64,000 bases of DNA. Source: the human T2T-CHM13v2.0 reference genome, Homo sapiens. The position numbers were made by a program, and so were the translations under genes. Shown in pieces: positions 13,779-27,900 of the stretch. The notes under the pieces were generated by a model. That model had not been told where the DNA came from and ran no database searches. It saw only the letters and a list, made by a program, of their open reading frames with translations. The DNA lies in NCBI RefSeq assembly GCF_009914755.1, contig NC_060925.1. One strand, written 5' to 3'. Every line of letters starts with the position of its first letter. Position 1 is the first letter of the stretch.

Positions 13779-14797
13779 TCAACTCTGTGAGTTGAATACA
13801 CACAACACAAGGAAGTTACTGAGAATTCTTCTGTCTAGCAGAATATGAAGAAATCCCGTTTCCAACGAAAGCCACAAGATGTCAGAATATCCACTTACAG
13901 ACTTTACAAACAGAGTGTTTCCTAACTGCTCTATGAACAGAAAGGTTAAACTCTGTGAGTTGAACGAACACATCACAACGCAGTTTTTGGGAATGATTCT
14001 GTCTAGTTTTGAAACGAAGATATTTCCTTTTCTGCCATTGACCTTAAAGCGCTTGAAATCTACACTTGCAAATTGCACAAATAGAGTGTTTCAAATCTGC
14101 TCTGTCTAAGGGAACGTTCAACTCTGTGAGTTGAATGCACACAACACAAGGAAGTTACTGGGAATTCTTCTGTCTAGCCTTACATGAAAAAAACCCGTTT
14201 CCAACGAAGGCCTCTAAGTGGTCAAAATTTCCACGTGCAGACTTTACAAACAGAGTGTTTCCAAACCGCTGAATGAAAAGAAAAGTTAAACTCTGAGAGT
14301 TGAACGCACACATCACGCAGCAGTTTCTGAGAATGATTCTGTCTAGTTTTTATACGAAGATATTTCCTTTTCTGCCTTTGGCCCCAAAGCGCTTGAAATC
14401 TCCACTTGCAAATTCCACAAAAACAGTGTTTCAAATCTGCTCTCTCTAAATGATAGTTCAACTCTGTCAGTTGAATACACACAACACAAGGAAGTTACTG
14501 AGAATTCTTCTGTCTAGCATAATGTGAAGAAATCCCGTTTCCAACGAAGGCCTCAAAGGGGTCTGAATATCCACTTGCAGACTTTATAAACAGAGTGTTT
14601 ACTAACTGCTCTATGAAAAGAAAGGTTAAACTCTGTGAGTTGAACACACACATCACAAAGGAGTTTCTGAGAATCATTCTGTCTAGTTTTTCTACGAAGA
14701 TATTTCCTTTTCTACTATTGACCTCAAAACGGCTGAAATCTCCACTTGCAAATTCCACAAAAAGAGTGTTTCAAGTCTGCTCTGTGTAAAGGATCGT
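13779..14797 (-). repeat. 6-mer HOR unit (A-B-C; 1019 bp)
   Basis: Anchors 13779 to 14798; dimer C is followed directly by A. The same structure occurs at 43016-44034 and 57294-58312. Confidence 0.9.
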
Positions 14798-16837
14798 TCA
14801 ACTCTGTGAGTTGAATACACACAACACAAGGAAGTTACTGAGAATTCTTCTGTCTAGCAGAATATGAAGAAATCCCGTTTCCAACGAAGGCCACAAGATG
14901 TCAAAATATCCACTTACAGACTTTACAAACAGAGTGTTTCCTAACTGCTCTATGAACAGAAAGGTTAAACTCTGTGAGTTGAACGAACACATCACAACGC
15001 AGTTTGTGGGAATGATTCTGTCTAGTTTTGAAACGAAGATATTTCCTTTTCTGCCGTTGACCTTAAAGCGCTTGAAATCTACACTTGCAAATTGCACAAA
15101 TAGAGTGTTTCAAATCTGCTCTGTCTAAGGGAACGTTCAACTCTGTGAGTTGAATGCACACAACACAAGGAAGTTACTGGGAATTCTTCTGTCTAGCCTT
15201 ACATGAAAAAAACCCGTTTCCAACGAAGGCCTCTAAGTGGTCAAAATATCCACGTGCAGACTTTACAAACAGAGTGTTTCCAAACCGCTGAATGAAAAGA
15301 AAAGTTAAACTCTGAGAGTTGAACGCACACATCACGCAGCAGTTTCTGAGAATGATTCTGTCTAGTTTTTATACGAAGATATTTCCTTTTCTGCCTTTGG
15401 CCCCAAAGCGCTTGAAATCTCCACTTGCAAATTCCACAAAAACAGTGTTTCAAATCTGCTCTCTCTAAATGAAAGTTCAACTCTGTCAGTTGAATACACA
15501 CAACACAAGGAAGTTACTGAGAATTCTTCTGTCTAGCAGAATATGAAGAAATCCCGTTTCCAACGAAGGCCTCAAAGGGGTCTGAATATCCACTTGCAGA
15601 CTTTACAAACAGAGTGTTTCCTAACTGCTCTATGAAAAGAAAGGTTAAACTCTGTGAGTTGAACGCACACATCACAAAGCAGTTTCTGAGAATCGTTCTG
15701 TCTAGTTTCTATAGGAAGATATTTCCTATTCTACCATTGACCTCAAAGCGGCTGAAATCTCCACTTGCAAATTCCACAAAAAGAATGTTTCAAGTCTGCT
15801 CTGTGTAAAGGATCGTTCAACTCTGTGAGTTGAATACACACAACACAAGGAAGTTACTGAGAATTCTTCTGTCTAGCATAATATGAAGAAATCCCGTTTC
15901 CAACGAAGGCCTCAAATAGGTCTGAATATCCACTTGCAGACTTTACAAACAGAGTGTTTCCTAACTGCTCTGTGAAAAGAAAAGTTAAACTCTTTGAGTT
16001 GAACGCACACATCACAAAGGAGTTTCTGAGAATCATTCTGTCTAGTTTCTATAGGAAGATATTTCCTATTCTACCATTGACCTCAAAGCGGCTGAAATCT
16101 CCACTTGCAAATTCCACAAAAAGAGTGTTTCAAGTCTTCTCTGTGTAAAGGATCGTTCAACTCTGTGAGTTGAATACACACAACACAAGGAAGTTACTGA
16201 GAATTGTTCTGTCTAGCAGAATATGAAGAAATCCCGTTTCCAACGAAGGCCTCAAGGAGGTCTGAATATCCACTTGCAGACTTTACAAACAGAGTGTTTC
16301 CTAACTGCTCTATGAAAAGAAAGGTTAAACTCTGTGAGTTGAACGCACACATCACAAAGGAGTTCATGAGAATCATTTTGTCTAGGTACTATAAGAAGAT
16401 ATTTCCTATTCTACCATTGACCTCAAAGCGGCTGAAATCTCCAGTTGCAAATTCGACAAAAAGAGTGTTTCAAGCCTGCTCTCTCTAAAGGATCCTTCAA
16501 CTCTGTGAGTTGAATACACACAACACAAGGAAGTTACTGAGAATTATTCTGTCTAGCATAATATGAAGAAATCCCGTTTCCAACGAAGGCCTCAAAGAGG
16601 TCTGAATATCCACTTGCACACTTTACAAACAGAGTGTTTCCTAACTGCTCTATGAGAAGAAAAGTTAAACTCTGTGAGTTGAACGCACACATCACAAAAG
16701 ATTTTCTGAGAATCATTCTGTCTAGTCTTTATATGAAGATAGTTTCCTTTTCTACCATTGACCTCAAAGCGGCTGAAATCTCCACTTGCAAATTCCACAA
16801 AAAGAGTGTTTCAAGTCTGCTCTGTGTAAAGGATCGT
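14798..16837 (-). repeat. 12-mer HOR variant with hybrid dimers (A-B-C/D-E/D-G-H; 2040 bp)
   Basis: Anchors 14798 to 16838. The dimer at ~15560 has the C-type AGGGGTC followed by D-type sequence. Confidence 0.85.
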
Positions 16838-19800
16838 TCATCTCTGTGAGTTGAATACACACAACACAAGGAAGTTACTGAGAATTCTTCTGTCTAGCAG
16901 AATATGAAAAAATCCCGTTTCCAACGAAGGCCACAAGATGTCAGAATATCCACTTACAGACTTTACAAACAGAGTGTTTCCTAACTGCTCTATGAACAGA
17001 AAGGTTAAACTCTGTGAGTTGAACGAACACATCACAACGCAGTTTGTGGGAATGATTCTGTCTAGTTTTGAAACGAAGATATTTCCTTTTCTGCCGTTGA
17101 CCTTAAAGCGCTTGAAATCTATACTTGCAAATTGCACAAATAGAGTGTTTCAAATCTGCTCTGTCTAAGGGAACGTTCAACTCTGTGAGTTGAATGCACA
17201 CAACACAAGGAAGTTACTGGGAATTCTTCTGTCTAGCCTTACATGAAAAAAACCCGTTTCCAACGAAGGCCTCTAAGTGGTCAAAATTTCCACGTGCAGA
17301 CTTTACAAACAGAGTGTTTCCAAACCGCTGAATGAAAAGAAAAGTTAAACTCTGAGAGTTGAACGCACACATCACGCAGCAGTTTCTGAGAATGATTCTG
17401 TCTAGTTTTTATACGAAGATATTTCCTTTTCTGCCTTTGGCCCCAAAGCGCTTGAAATCTCCACTTGCAAATTCCACAAAAACAGTGTTTCAAATCTGCT
17501 CTCTCTAAATGAAAGTTCAACTCTGTCAGTTGAATACACACAACACAAGGAAGTTACTGAGAATTCTTCTGTCTAGCATAATATGAAGAAATCCCGTTTC
17601 CAACGAAGGCCTCAAAGGGGTCTGAATATCCACTTGCAGACTTTATAAACAGAGTGTTTACTAACTGCTCTATGAAAAGAAAGGTTAAACTCTGTGAGTT
17701 GAACACACACATCACAAAGGAGTTTCTGAGAATCATTCTGTCTAGTTTTTCTACGAAGATATTTCCTTTTCTACTATTGACCTCAAAGCGGCTGAAATCT
17801 CCACTTGCAAATTCCACAAAAAGAGTGTTTCAAGTCTGCTCTGTGTAAAGGATCGTTCAACTCTGTGAGTTGAATACACACAACACAAGGAAGTTACTGA
17901 GAATTCTTCTGTCTAGCAGAATATGAAGAAATCCCGTTTCCAACGAAGGCCTCAAAGAGGTCTGAATATCCACTTGCAGACTTTACAAACAGAGTGTTTC
18001 CTAACTGCTCTATGAAAAGAAAGGTTAAACTCTGTGAGTTGAACACACACATCACAAAGGATTTTGTGGGAATCGTTCTGTCTAGTCTTTATACGAAGAT
18101 AGTTTCCTTTTCTACCATTGACCTCAAAGCGGCTGAAATCTCCACTTGCAAATTCCACAAAAGGAGTGTTTCAAGTCTGCTCTGTGTAAAGGATCGTTCA
18201 TCTCTGTGAGTTGAATACACACAACACAAGGAAGTTACTGAGAATTCTTCTGTCTAGCAGAATATGAAGAAATCCCGTTTCCAACGAAGGCTTCAAAGAG
18301 GTCTGAATATCCACTTGCAGACTTTACAAACAGAGTGTTTCCTAACTGCTCTATGAAAAGAAAGTTTAAAATCTGTGAGTTGAACGCACACATCACAAAG
18401 GAGTTTCTGAGAATCATTCTGTCTAGTTTCTATAGGAAGATATTTCCTATTCTACCACTGACCTCAAAGCGGCTGAAATCTCCACTTGCAAATTCCACAA
18501 AAAGAGTGTTTCAAGTCTGCTCTGTGTAAAGGATCGTTTAACTCTGTGAGTTGAATACACACAACACAAGGAAGTTACTGAGAATTCTTCTGTCTAGCAG
18601 AATATGAAGAAATCCCGTTTCCAACGAAGGCCTCAAGGAGGTCTGAATATCCACTTGCAGACTTTACAAACAGAGTGTTTCCTAACTGCTCTATGAACAG
18701 AAAGGTTAAACTCTGTGAGTTGAACGCACACATCACAAAGGAGTTTCTGAGAATCATTCTGTCTAGTCTTTATACGAAGATATTTACTTTTCTACCATTG
18801 ACCTCAAAGCGGCTGAAATCTCCACTTGCAAATTCCACAAAAAGAGTGTTTCAAGTCTGCTCTGTGTAAAGGATCATTCAACTCTGTGAGTTGAATAAAC
18901 ACAACACAAGGAAGTTACTGAGAATTCTTCTGTCTAGCAGAATATGAAGAAATCCCGTTTCCAACGAAGGCCTCAAGGAGGTCTGAATATCCACTTGCAG
19001 ACTTTACAAACAGAGTGTTTCCTAACTGCTCTATGAAAAGAAAGGTTAAACTCTGTGAGTTGAACACACACATCACAAAGGAGTTTATGAGAATCATTCT
19101 GTCTAGTTTCTATAAGAAGATATTTCCTATTCTACCATTGACCTCAAAGCGGCTGAAATCTCCACTTGCAAATTCGACAAACAGAGTGTTTCAAGCCTGC
19201 TCTCTGTAAAGGATCCTTCAACTCTGTGAGTTGAATACACACAACACAAGGAAGTTACTGAGAATTATTCTGTCTAGCAGAATATGAAGAAATCCCGTTT
19301 CCAACGAAGGCCTCAAAGAGGTCTGAATATCCACTTGCAGACTTTACAAACAGAGTGTTTCCTAACTGCTCTATGAGAAGAAAAGTTAAACTCTGTGAGT
19401 TGAACGCACACATCACAAAAGATTTTCTGAGAATCATTCTGTCTAGTCTTTATATGAAGATAGTTTCCTTTTCTACCATTGACCTCAAAGCGGCTGAAAT
19501 CTCCACTTGCAAATTCCACAAAAAGAGTGTTTCAAGTCTGCTCTGTGTAAAGGATCGTTCAACTCTGTGAGTTGAATACACACAACACAAGGAAGTTACT
19601 GAGAATTCTTCTGTCTAGCAGAATAGGAAGAAATCCCGTTTCCAACGAAGGCCACAAGATGTCAGAATATCCACTTACAGACTTTACAAACAGAGTGTTT
19701 CCTAACTGCTCTATGAACAGAAAGGTTAAACTCTGTGAGTTGAACGAACACATCACAACGCAGTTTGTGGGAATGATTCTGTCTAGTTTTGAAACGAAGA

Positions 19801-21939
19801 TATTTCCTTTTCTGCCGTTGACCTTAAAGCGCTTGAAATCTACACTTGCAAATTGCACAAATAGAGTGTTTCAAATCTGCTCTGTCTCAGGGAACGTTCA
19901 ACTCTGTGAGTTGAATGCACACAACACAAGGAAGTTACTGGGAATTCTTCTGTCTAGCCTTACATGAAAAAAAACCCGTTTCCAACGAAGGCCTCTAAGT
20001 GGTCAAAATATCCACGTGCAGACTTTACAAACAGAGTGTTTCCAAACCGCTGAGTGAAAAGAAAAGTTAAACTCTGAGAGTTGAACGCACACATCACGCA
20101 GCAGTTTCTGAGAATGATTCTGTCTAGTTTTTATACGAAGATATTTCCTTTTCTGCCCTTGGCCCCAAAGCGCTTGAAATCTCCACTTGCATATTCCACA
20201 AAAACAGTGTTTCAAATCTGCTCTCTCTAAATGAAAGTTCAACTCTGTCAGTTGAATACACACAACACAAGGAAGTTACTGAGAATTCTTCTGTCTAGCA
20301 GAATATGAAGAAATCCCGTTTCCAACGAAGGCCTCAAAGGGGTCTGAATATCCACTTGCAGACTTTAAAAACAGAGTGTTTACTAACTGTTCTATGAAAA
20401 GAAAGGTTAAACTCTGTGAGCTGAACACACACATCACAAAGGAGTTTCTGAGAATCATTCTGCCTAGTTTTTCTACGAAGATATTTCCTTTTCTACTATT
20501 GACCTCAAAGCGGCTGAAATCTCCACTTGCAAATTCCACAGAAAGAGTGTTTCAAGTCTGCTCTGTGTAAAGGATCGTTCAACTCTGTGAGTTGAATACA
20601 CACAACACAAGGAAGTTACTGAGAATTCTTCTGTCTAGCAGAATATGAAGAAATCCCGTTTCCAACGAAGGCCTCAAAGAGGTCTGAATATCCACTTGCA
20701 GACTTTACAAACAGAGTGTTTCCTAACTTCTCTATGAAAAGAAAGGTTAAACTCTGTGAGTTGAACGCACACATCACAAAGGAGTTTCTGAGAATCATTC
20801 TGTCTAGTTTCTATAGGAAGATATTTCCTATTCTACCATTGACCTCAAAGCGGCTGAAATCTCCACTTGCAAATTCCACAAAAAGAGTGTTTCAAGTCTG
20901 CTCTGTGTAAAGGATCGTTCAACTCTGTGAGTTGAATACACACAACACAAGGAAGTTACTGAGAATTCTTCTGTCTAGCAGAATATGAAGAAATCCGGTT
21001 TCCAACGAAGGCCTCAAGGAGGTCTGAATATCCACTTGCAGACTTTACAAACAGAGTGTTTCCTAACTGCTCTATGAACAGAAAGGTTAAACTCTGTGAG
21101 TTGAACGCACACACCACAAAAGAGTTTCTGAGAATCATTCTGTCTAGTCTTTATACGAAGATATTTACCTTTCTACCATTGACCTCAAAGCGGCTGAAAT
21201 CTCCACTTGCAAATTCCACAAAAAGAGTGTTTCAAGTCTGCTCTCTGTAAAGGATCATTCAACTCTGTGAGTTGAATAAATACAACACAAGGAAGTTACT
21301 GAGAATTCTTCTGTCTAGCAGAATATGAAGAAATCCCGTTTCCAACGAAGGCCTCAAGGAGGTCTGAATATCCACTTGCAGACTTTACAAACAGAGTGTT
21401 TCCTAACTGCTCTATGAAAAGAAAGGTTAAACTCTGTGAGTTGAACGCACACATCACAAAGGAGTTTATGAGAATCATTCTGTCTAGTTTCTATAAGAAG
21501 ATATTTCCTATTCTACCATTGACCTCAAAGCGGCTGAAATCTCCACTTGCAAATTCGACAAAAAAGAGTGTTTCAAGCCTGCTCTCTGTAAAGGATCCTT
21601 CAACTCTGTGAGTTGAATACACACAACACAAGGAAGTTACTGAGAATTATTCTGTCTAGCATAATATGAAGAATCCCGTTTCCAACGAAGGCCTCAAAGA
21701 GGTCTGAATATCCACTTGCAGACTTTACAAACAGAGTGTTTCCTAACTGCTCTATGAGAAGAAAAGTTAAACTCTGTGAGTTGAACGCACACATCACAAA
21801 AGATTTTCTGAGAATCATTCTGTCTAGTCTTTATATGAAGATAGTTTCCTTTTCTACCATTGACCTCAAAGCGGCTGAAATCTCCACTTGCAAATTCCAC
21901 AAAAAGAGTGTTTCAAGTCTGCTCTGTGTAAAGGATCGT
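16838..21939 (-). repeat. Atypical 16-mer (2721 bp) followed by a 14-mer (2381 bp), both rich in private variants
   Basis: Anchors 16838, 19559 and 21940. An extra H-like +1 dimer lies at ~18000 and an 8-A tract at ~19967. Confidence 0.85.
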
Positions 21940-24900
21940 TCAACTCTGTGAGTTGAATACACACAACACAAGGAAGTTACTGAGAATTCTTCTGTCTAGC
22001 AGAATAGGAAGAAATCCCGTTTCCAACGAAGGCCACAAGATGTCAGAATATCCACTTACAGACTTTACAAACAGAGTGTTTCCTAACTGCTCTATGAACA
22101 GAAAGGTTAAACTCTGTGAGTTGAACGAACACATCACAACGCAGTTTGTGGGAATGATTCTGTCTAGTTTTGAAACGAAGATATTTCCTTTTCTGCCGTT
22201 GACCTTAAAGCGCTTGAAATCTACACTTGCAAATTGCACAAATAGAGTGTTTCAAATCTGCTCTGTCTAAGGGAACGTTCAACTCTGTGAGTTGAATGCA
22301 CACAACACAAGGAAGTTACTGGGAATTCTTCTGTCTAGCCTTACATGAAAAAACCCGTTTCCAACGAAGGCCTCTAAGTGGTCAAAATATCCACGTGCAG
22401 ACTTTACAAACAGAGTGTTTCCAAACCGCTGAATGAAAAGAAAAGTTGAACTCTGAGAGTTGAACGCACACATCACGCAGCAGTTTCTGAGAATGATTCT
22501 GTCTAGTTTTTATACGAAGATATTTCCTTTTCTGCCTTTGGCCCCAAAGCGCTTGAAATCTCCACTTGCAAATTCCACAAAAACAGTGTTTCAAATCTGC
22601 TCTCTCTAAATGAAAGTTCAACTCTGTCAGTTGAATACACACAACACAAGGAAGTTACTGAGAATTCTTCTGTCTAGCATAATATGAAGAAATCCCGTTT
22701 CCAACGAAGGCCTCAAAGGGGTCTGAATATCCACTTGCAGACTTTATAAACAGAGTGTTTACTAACTGCTCTATGAAAAGAAAGGTTAAACTCTGTGAGT
22801 TGAACACACACATCACAAAGGAGTTTCTGAGAATCATTCTGTCTAGTTTTTCTACGAAGATATTTCCTTTTCTACTATTGACCTCAAAGCGGCTGAAATC
22901 TCCACTTGCAAATTCCACAAAAAGAGTGTTTCAAGTCTGCTCTGTGTAAAGGATCGTTCAACTCTGTGAGTTGAATACACACAACACAAGGAAGTTTCTG
23001 AGAAATATTCTGTCTAGCAGAATATGAAGAAATCCCGTTTCCAACGAAGGCCTCAAAGAGGTCTGAATATCCACTTGCAGACTTTACAAACAGAGTGTTT
23101 CCTAACTGCTCTATGAAAAGAAAGGTTAAACTCTGTGAGTTGAACGCACACATCACAAAGGAGTTTCTGAGAATCGTTCTGTCTAGTTTCTATAGGAAGA
23201 TATTTCCTATTCTACCATTGACCTCAAAGCGGCTGAAATCTCCACTTGCAAATTCCACAAAAAGAATGTTTCAAGTCTGCTCTGTGTAAACGATCGTTCA
23301 ACTCTGTGAGTTGAATACACACAACACAAGGAAGTTACTGAGAATTCTTCTGTCTAGCATAATATGAAGAAATCCCGTTTCCAACGAAGGCCTCAAAGAG
23401 GTCTGAATATCCACTTGCAGACTTTACAAACAGAGTGTTTCCTAACTGCTCTATGAAAAGAAAAGTTAAACTCTGTGATTTGAACGCACACATCACAAAG
23501 GAGTTTCTGAGAATCATTCTGTCTGGTCTTTATACGAAGATATTTCCTTTTCTACCATTGACCTCAAAGCGGCTGAAATCTCCACTTGCAAATTCCACAA
23601 AAAGAGTGTTTCAAGTCTGCTCTGTGTAAAGGATCGTTCAACTCTGTGAGATGAATACACACAACACAAGGAAGTTACTGAGAATTCTTCTGTCTAGCAG
23701 AATATGAAGAAATCCCGTTTCCAACGAAGGCCTCAAGGAGGTCTGAATATCCACTTGCAGACTTTACAAACAGAGTGTTTCCTAACTGCTCTATGAACAG
23801 AAAGGTTAAACTCTGTGAGTTGAACGCACACATCACAAAGGAGTTTCTGAGAATCATTCTGTCTAGTCTTTATACGAAGATATTTACTTTTCTACCATTG
23901 ACCTCAAAGCGGCTGAAATCTCCACTTGCAAATTCCACAAAAAGAGTGTTTCAAGTCTGCTCTGTGTAAAGGATCATTCAACTCTGTGAGTTGAATAAAC
24001 ACAACACAAGGAAGTTACTGAGAATTCTTCTGTCTAGCAGAATATGAAGAAATACCGTTTCCAACGAAGGCCTCAAGGAGGTCGGAATATCCACTTGCAG
24101 ACTTTACAAACAGAGTGTTTCCTAACTGCTCTATGAAAAGAAAGGTTAAACTCTGTGAGTTGAACGCACACATCACAAAGGAGTTCATGAGAATCATTCT
24201 GTCTAGTTTCTATAAGAAGATATTTCCTATTCTACCATTGACCTCAAAGCGGCTGAAATCTCCACTTGCAAATTCGACAAAAAGAGTGTTGCAAGCCTGC
24301 TTTCTGTAAAGGATCCTTCAACTCTGTGAGTTGAATACACACAACACAAGGAAGTTACTGAGAATTATTCTGTCTAGCATAATATGAAGAAATCCCGTTT
24401 CCAACGAAGGCCTCAAAGAGGTCTGAATATCCACTTGCAGACTTTACAAACAGAGTGTTTCCTAACTGCTCTATGAGAAGAAAAGTTAAACTCTGTGAGT
24501 TGAACGCACACATCACAAAAGATTTTCTGAGAATCATTCTGTCTAGTCTTTATATGAAGATAGTTTCCTTTTCTACCATTGACCTCAAAGCGGCTGAAAT
24601 CTCCACTTGCAAATTCCACAAAAAGAGTGTTTCAAGTCTGCTCTGTGTAAAGGATCGTTCAACTCTGTGAGTTGAATACACACAACACAAGGAAGTTACT
24701 GAGAATTCTTCTGTCTAGCAGAATATGAAGAAATCCCGTTTCCAACGAAGGCCACAAGATGTCAGAATATCCACTTACAGACTTTACAAACAGAGTGTTT
24801 CCTAACTGCTCTATGAACAGAAAGGTTAAACTCTGTGAGTTGAACGAACACATCACAACGCAGTTTGTGGGAATGATTCTGTCTAGTTTTGAAACGAAGA

Positions 24901-27900
24901 TATTTCCTTTTCTGCCGTTGACCTTAAAGCGCTTGAAATCTACACTTGCAAATTGCACAAATAGAGTGTTTCAAATCTGCTCTGTCTAAGGGAACGTTCA
25001 ACTCTGTGAGTTGAATGCACACAACACAAGGAAGTTACTGGGAATTCTTCTGTCTAGCCTTACATGAAAAAAACCCGTTTCCAACGAAGGCCTCTAAGTG
25101 GTCAAAATTTCCACGTGCAGACTTTACAAACAGAGTGTTTCCAAACCGCTGAATGAAAAGAAAAGTTAAACTCTGAGAGTTGAACGCACACATCACGCAG
25201 CAGTTTCTGAGAATGATTCTGTCTAGTTTTTATACGAAGATATTTCCTTTTCTGCCTTTGGCCCCAAAGCGCTTGAAATCTCCACTTGCAAATTCCACAA
25301 AAACAGTGTTTCAAATCTGCTCTCTCTAAATGAAAGTTCAACTCTGTCAGTTGAATACACACAACACAAGGAAGTTACTGAGAATTCTTCTGTCTAGCAA
25401 AATATGAAGAAATCCCGTTTCCAACGAAGGCCTCAAAGGGGTCTGAATATCCACTTGCAGACTTTATAAACAGAGTGTTTACTAACTGCTCTATGAAAAG
25501 AAAGGTTAAACTCTGTGAGTTGAACACACACATCACAAAGGAGTTTCTGAGAATCATTCTGTCTAGTTTTTCTACGAAGATATTTCCTTTTCTACTATTG
25601 ACCTCAAAGCGGCTGAAATCTCCACTTGCAAATTCCACAAAAAGAGTGTTTCAAGTCTGCTCTGTGTAAAGGATCGTTCAACTCTGTGAGTTGAATACAC
25701 ACAACACAAGGAAGTTACTGAGAATTATTCTGTCTAGCAGAATATGAAGAAATCCCGTTTCCAACGAAGGCCTCAAAGAGGTCTGAATATCCACTTGCAG
25801 ACTTTACAAACAGAGTGTTTCCTAACTGCTCTATGAAAAGAAAGGTTAAACTCTGTGAGTTGAACGCACACATCACAAAGGAGTTTCTGAGAATCGTTCT
25901 GTCTAGTTTCTATAGGAAGATATTTCCTATTCTACCATTGACCTCAAAGCGGCTGAAATCTCCACTTGCAAATTCCACAAAAAGAGTGTTTCAAGCCTGC
26001 TCTCTGTAAAGGATCCTTCAACTCTGTGAGTTGAATACACACAACACAAGGAAGTTACTGAGAATTATTCTGTCTTGCATAATATGAAGAAATCCCGTTT
26101 CCAACGAAGGCCTCAAAGAGGTCTGAATATCCACTTGCAGACTTTACAAACAGAGTGTTTCCTAACTGCTCTATGAGAAGAAAAGTTAAACTCTGTGAGT
26201 TGAACGCACACATCACAAAAGATTTTCTGAGAATCATTCTGTCTAGTCTTTATATGAAGATAGTTTCCTTTTCTACCATTGACCTCAAAGCGGCTGAAAT
26301 CTCCACTTGCAAATTCCACAAAAAGAGTGTTTCAAGTCTGCTCTGTGTAAAGGATCGTTCAACTCTGTGAGTTGAATACACACAACACAAGGAAGTTACT
26401 GAGAATTCTTCTGTCTAGCAGAATATGAAGAAATCCCGTTTCCAACGAAGGCCACAAGATGTCAGAATATCCACTTGCAGACTTTACAAAGAGAGTGTTT
26501 CCTAACTGCTCTATGAACAGAAAGGTTAAACTCTGTGAGTTGAACGAACACATCACAACGCAGTTTGTGGGAATGATTCTGTCTAGTTTTGAAACGAAGA
26601 TATTTCCTTTTCTGCCGTTGACCTTAAAGTGCTTGAAATCTACACTTGCAAATTGCACAAATAGAGTGTTTCAAATCTGCTCTGTCTAAGGGAACGTTCA
26701 ACTCTGTGAGTTGAATGCACACAACACAAGGAAGTTACTGGGAATTCTTCTGTCTAGCCTTACATGAAAAAACCCGTTTCCAACGAAGGCCTCTAAGTGG
26801 TCAAAATATCCACGTGCAGACTTTACAAACAGAGTGTTTCCAAACCGCTGAATGAAAAGAAAAGTTGAACTCTGAGAGTTGAACGCACACATCACGCAGC
26901 AGTTTCTGAGAATGATTCTGTCTAGTTTTTATACGAAGATATTTCCTTTTCTGCCTTTGGCCCCAAAGCGCTTGAAATCTCCACTTGCAAATTCCACAAA
27001 AACAGTGTTTCAAATCTGCTCTCTCTAAATGAAAGTTCAACTCTGTCAGTTGAATACACACAACACAAGGAAGTTACTGAGAATTCTTCTGTCTAGCATA
27101 ATATGAAGAAATCCCGTTTCCAACGAAGGCCTCAAAGGGGTCTGAATATCCACTTGCAGACTTTATAAACAGAGTGTTTACTAACTGCTCTATGAAAAGA
27201 AAGGTTAAACTCTGTGAGTTGAACACACACATCACAAAGGAGTTTCTGAGAATCATTCTGTCTAGTTTTTCTACGAAGATATTTCCTTTTCTACTATTGA
27301 CCTCAAAGCGGCTGAAATCTCCACTTGCAAATTCCACAAAAAGAGTGTTTCAAGTCTGCTCTGTGTAAAGGATCGTTCAACTCTGTGAGTTGAATACACA
27401 CAACACAAGGAAGTTACTGAGATTTCTTCTGTCTAGCAGAAGAGGAAGAAATCCCGTTTCCAACGAAGGCCTCAAAGAGATCTGAATATCCACCTGCAGA
27501 CTTTACAAACAGAGTGTTTCCTAACTGCTCTATGAAAAGAAAAGTTAAACTCTGTGAGTTGAACGCACACATCACAAAGGAGTTTCTGAGAATCGTTCTG
27601 TCTAGTTTCTATAGGAAGATATTTCCTATTCTACCATTGACCTCAAAGCGGCTGAAATCTCCACTTGCAAATTCCACAAAAAGAATGTTTCAAGTCTGCT
27701 CTGTGTAAAGGATCGTTCAACTCTGTGAGTTGAATACACACAACACAAGGAAGTTACTGAGAATTCTTCTGTCTAGCATAATATGAAGAAATCCCGTTTC
27801 CAACGAAGGCCTCAAAGAGGTCTTAATATCCACTTGCAGACTTTACAAACAGAGTGTTTCCTAACTGCTCTATGAAAAGAAAAGTTAAACTCTTTGAGTT

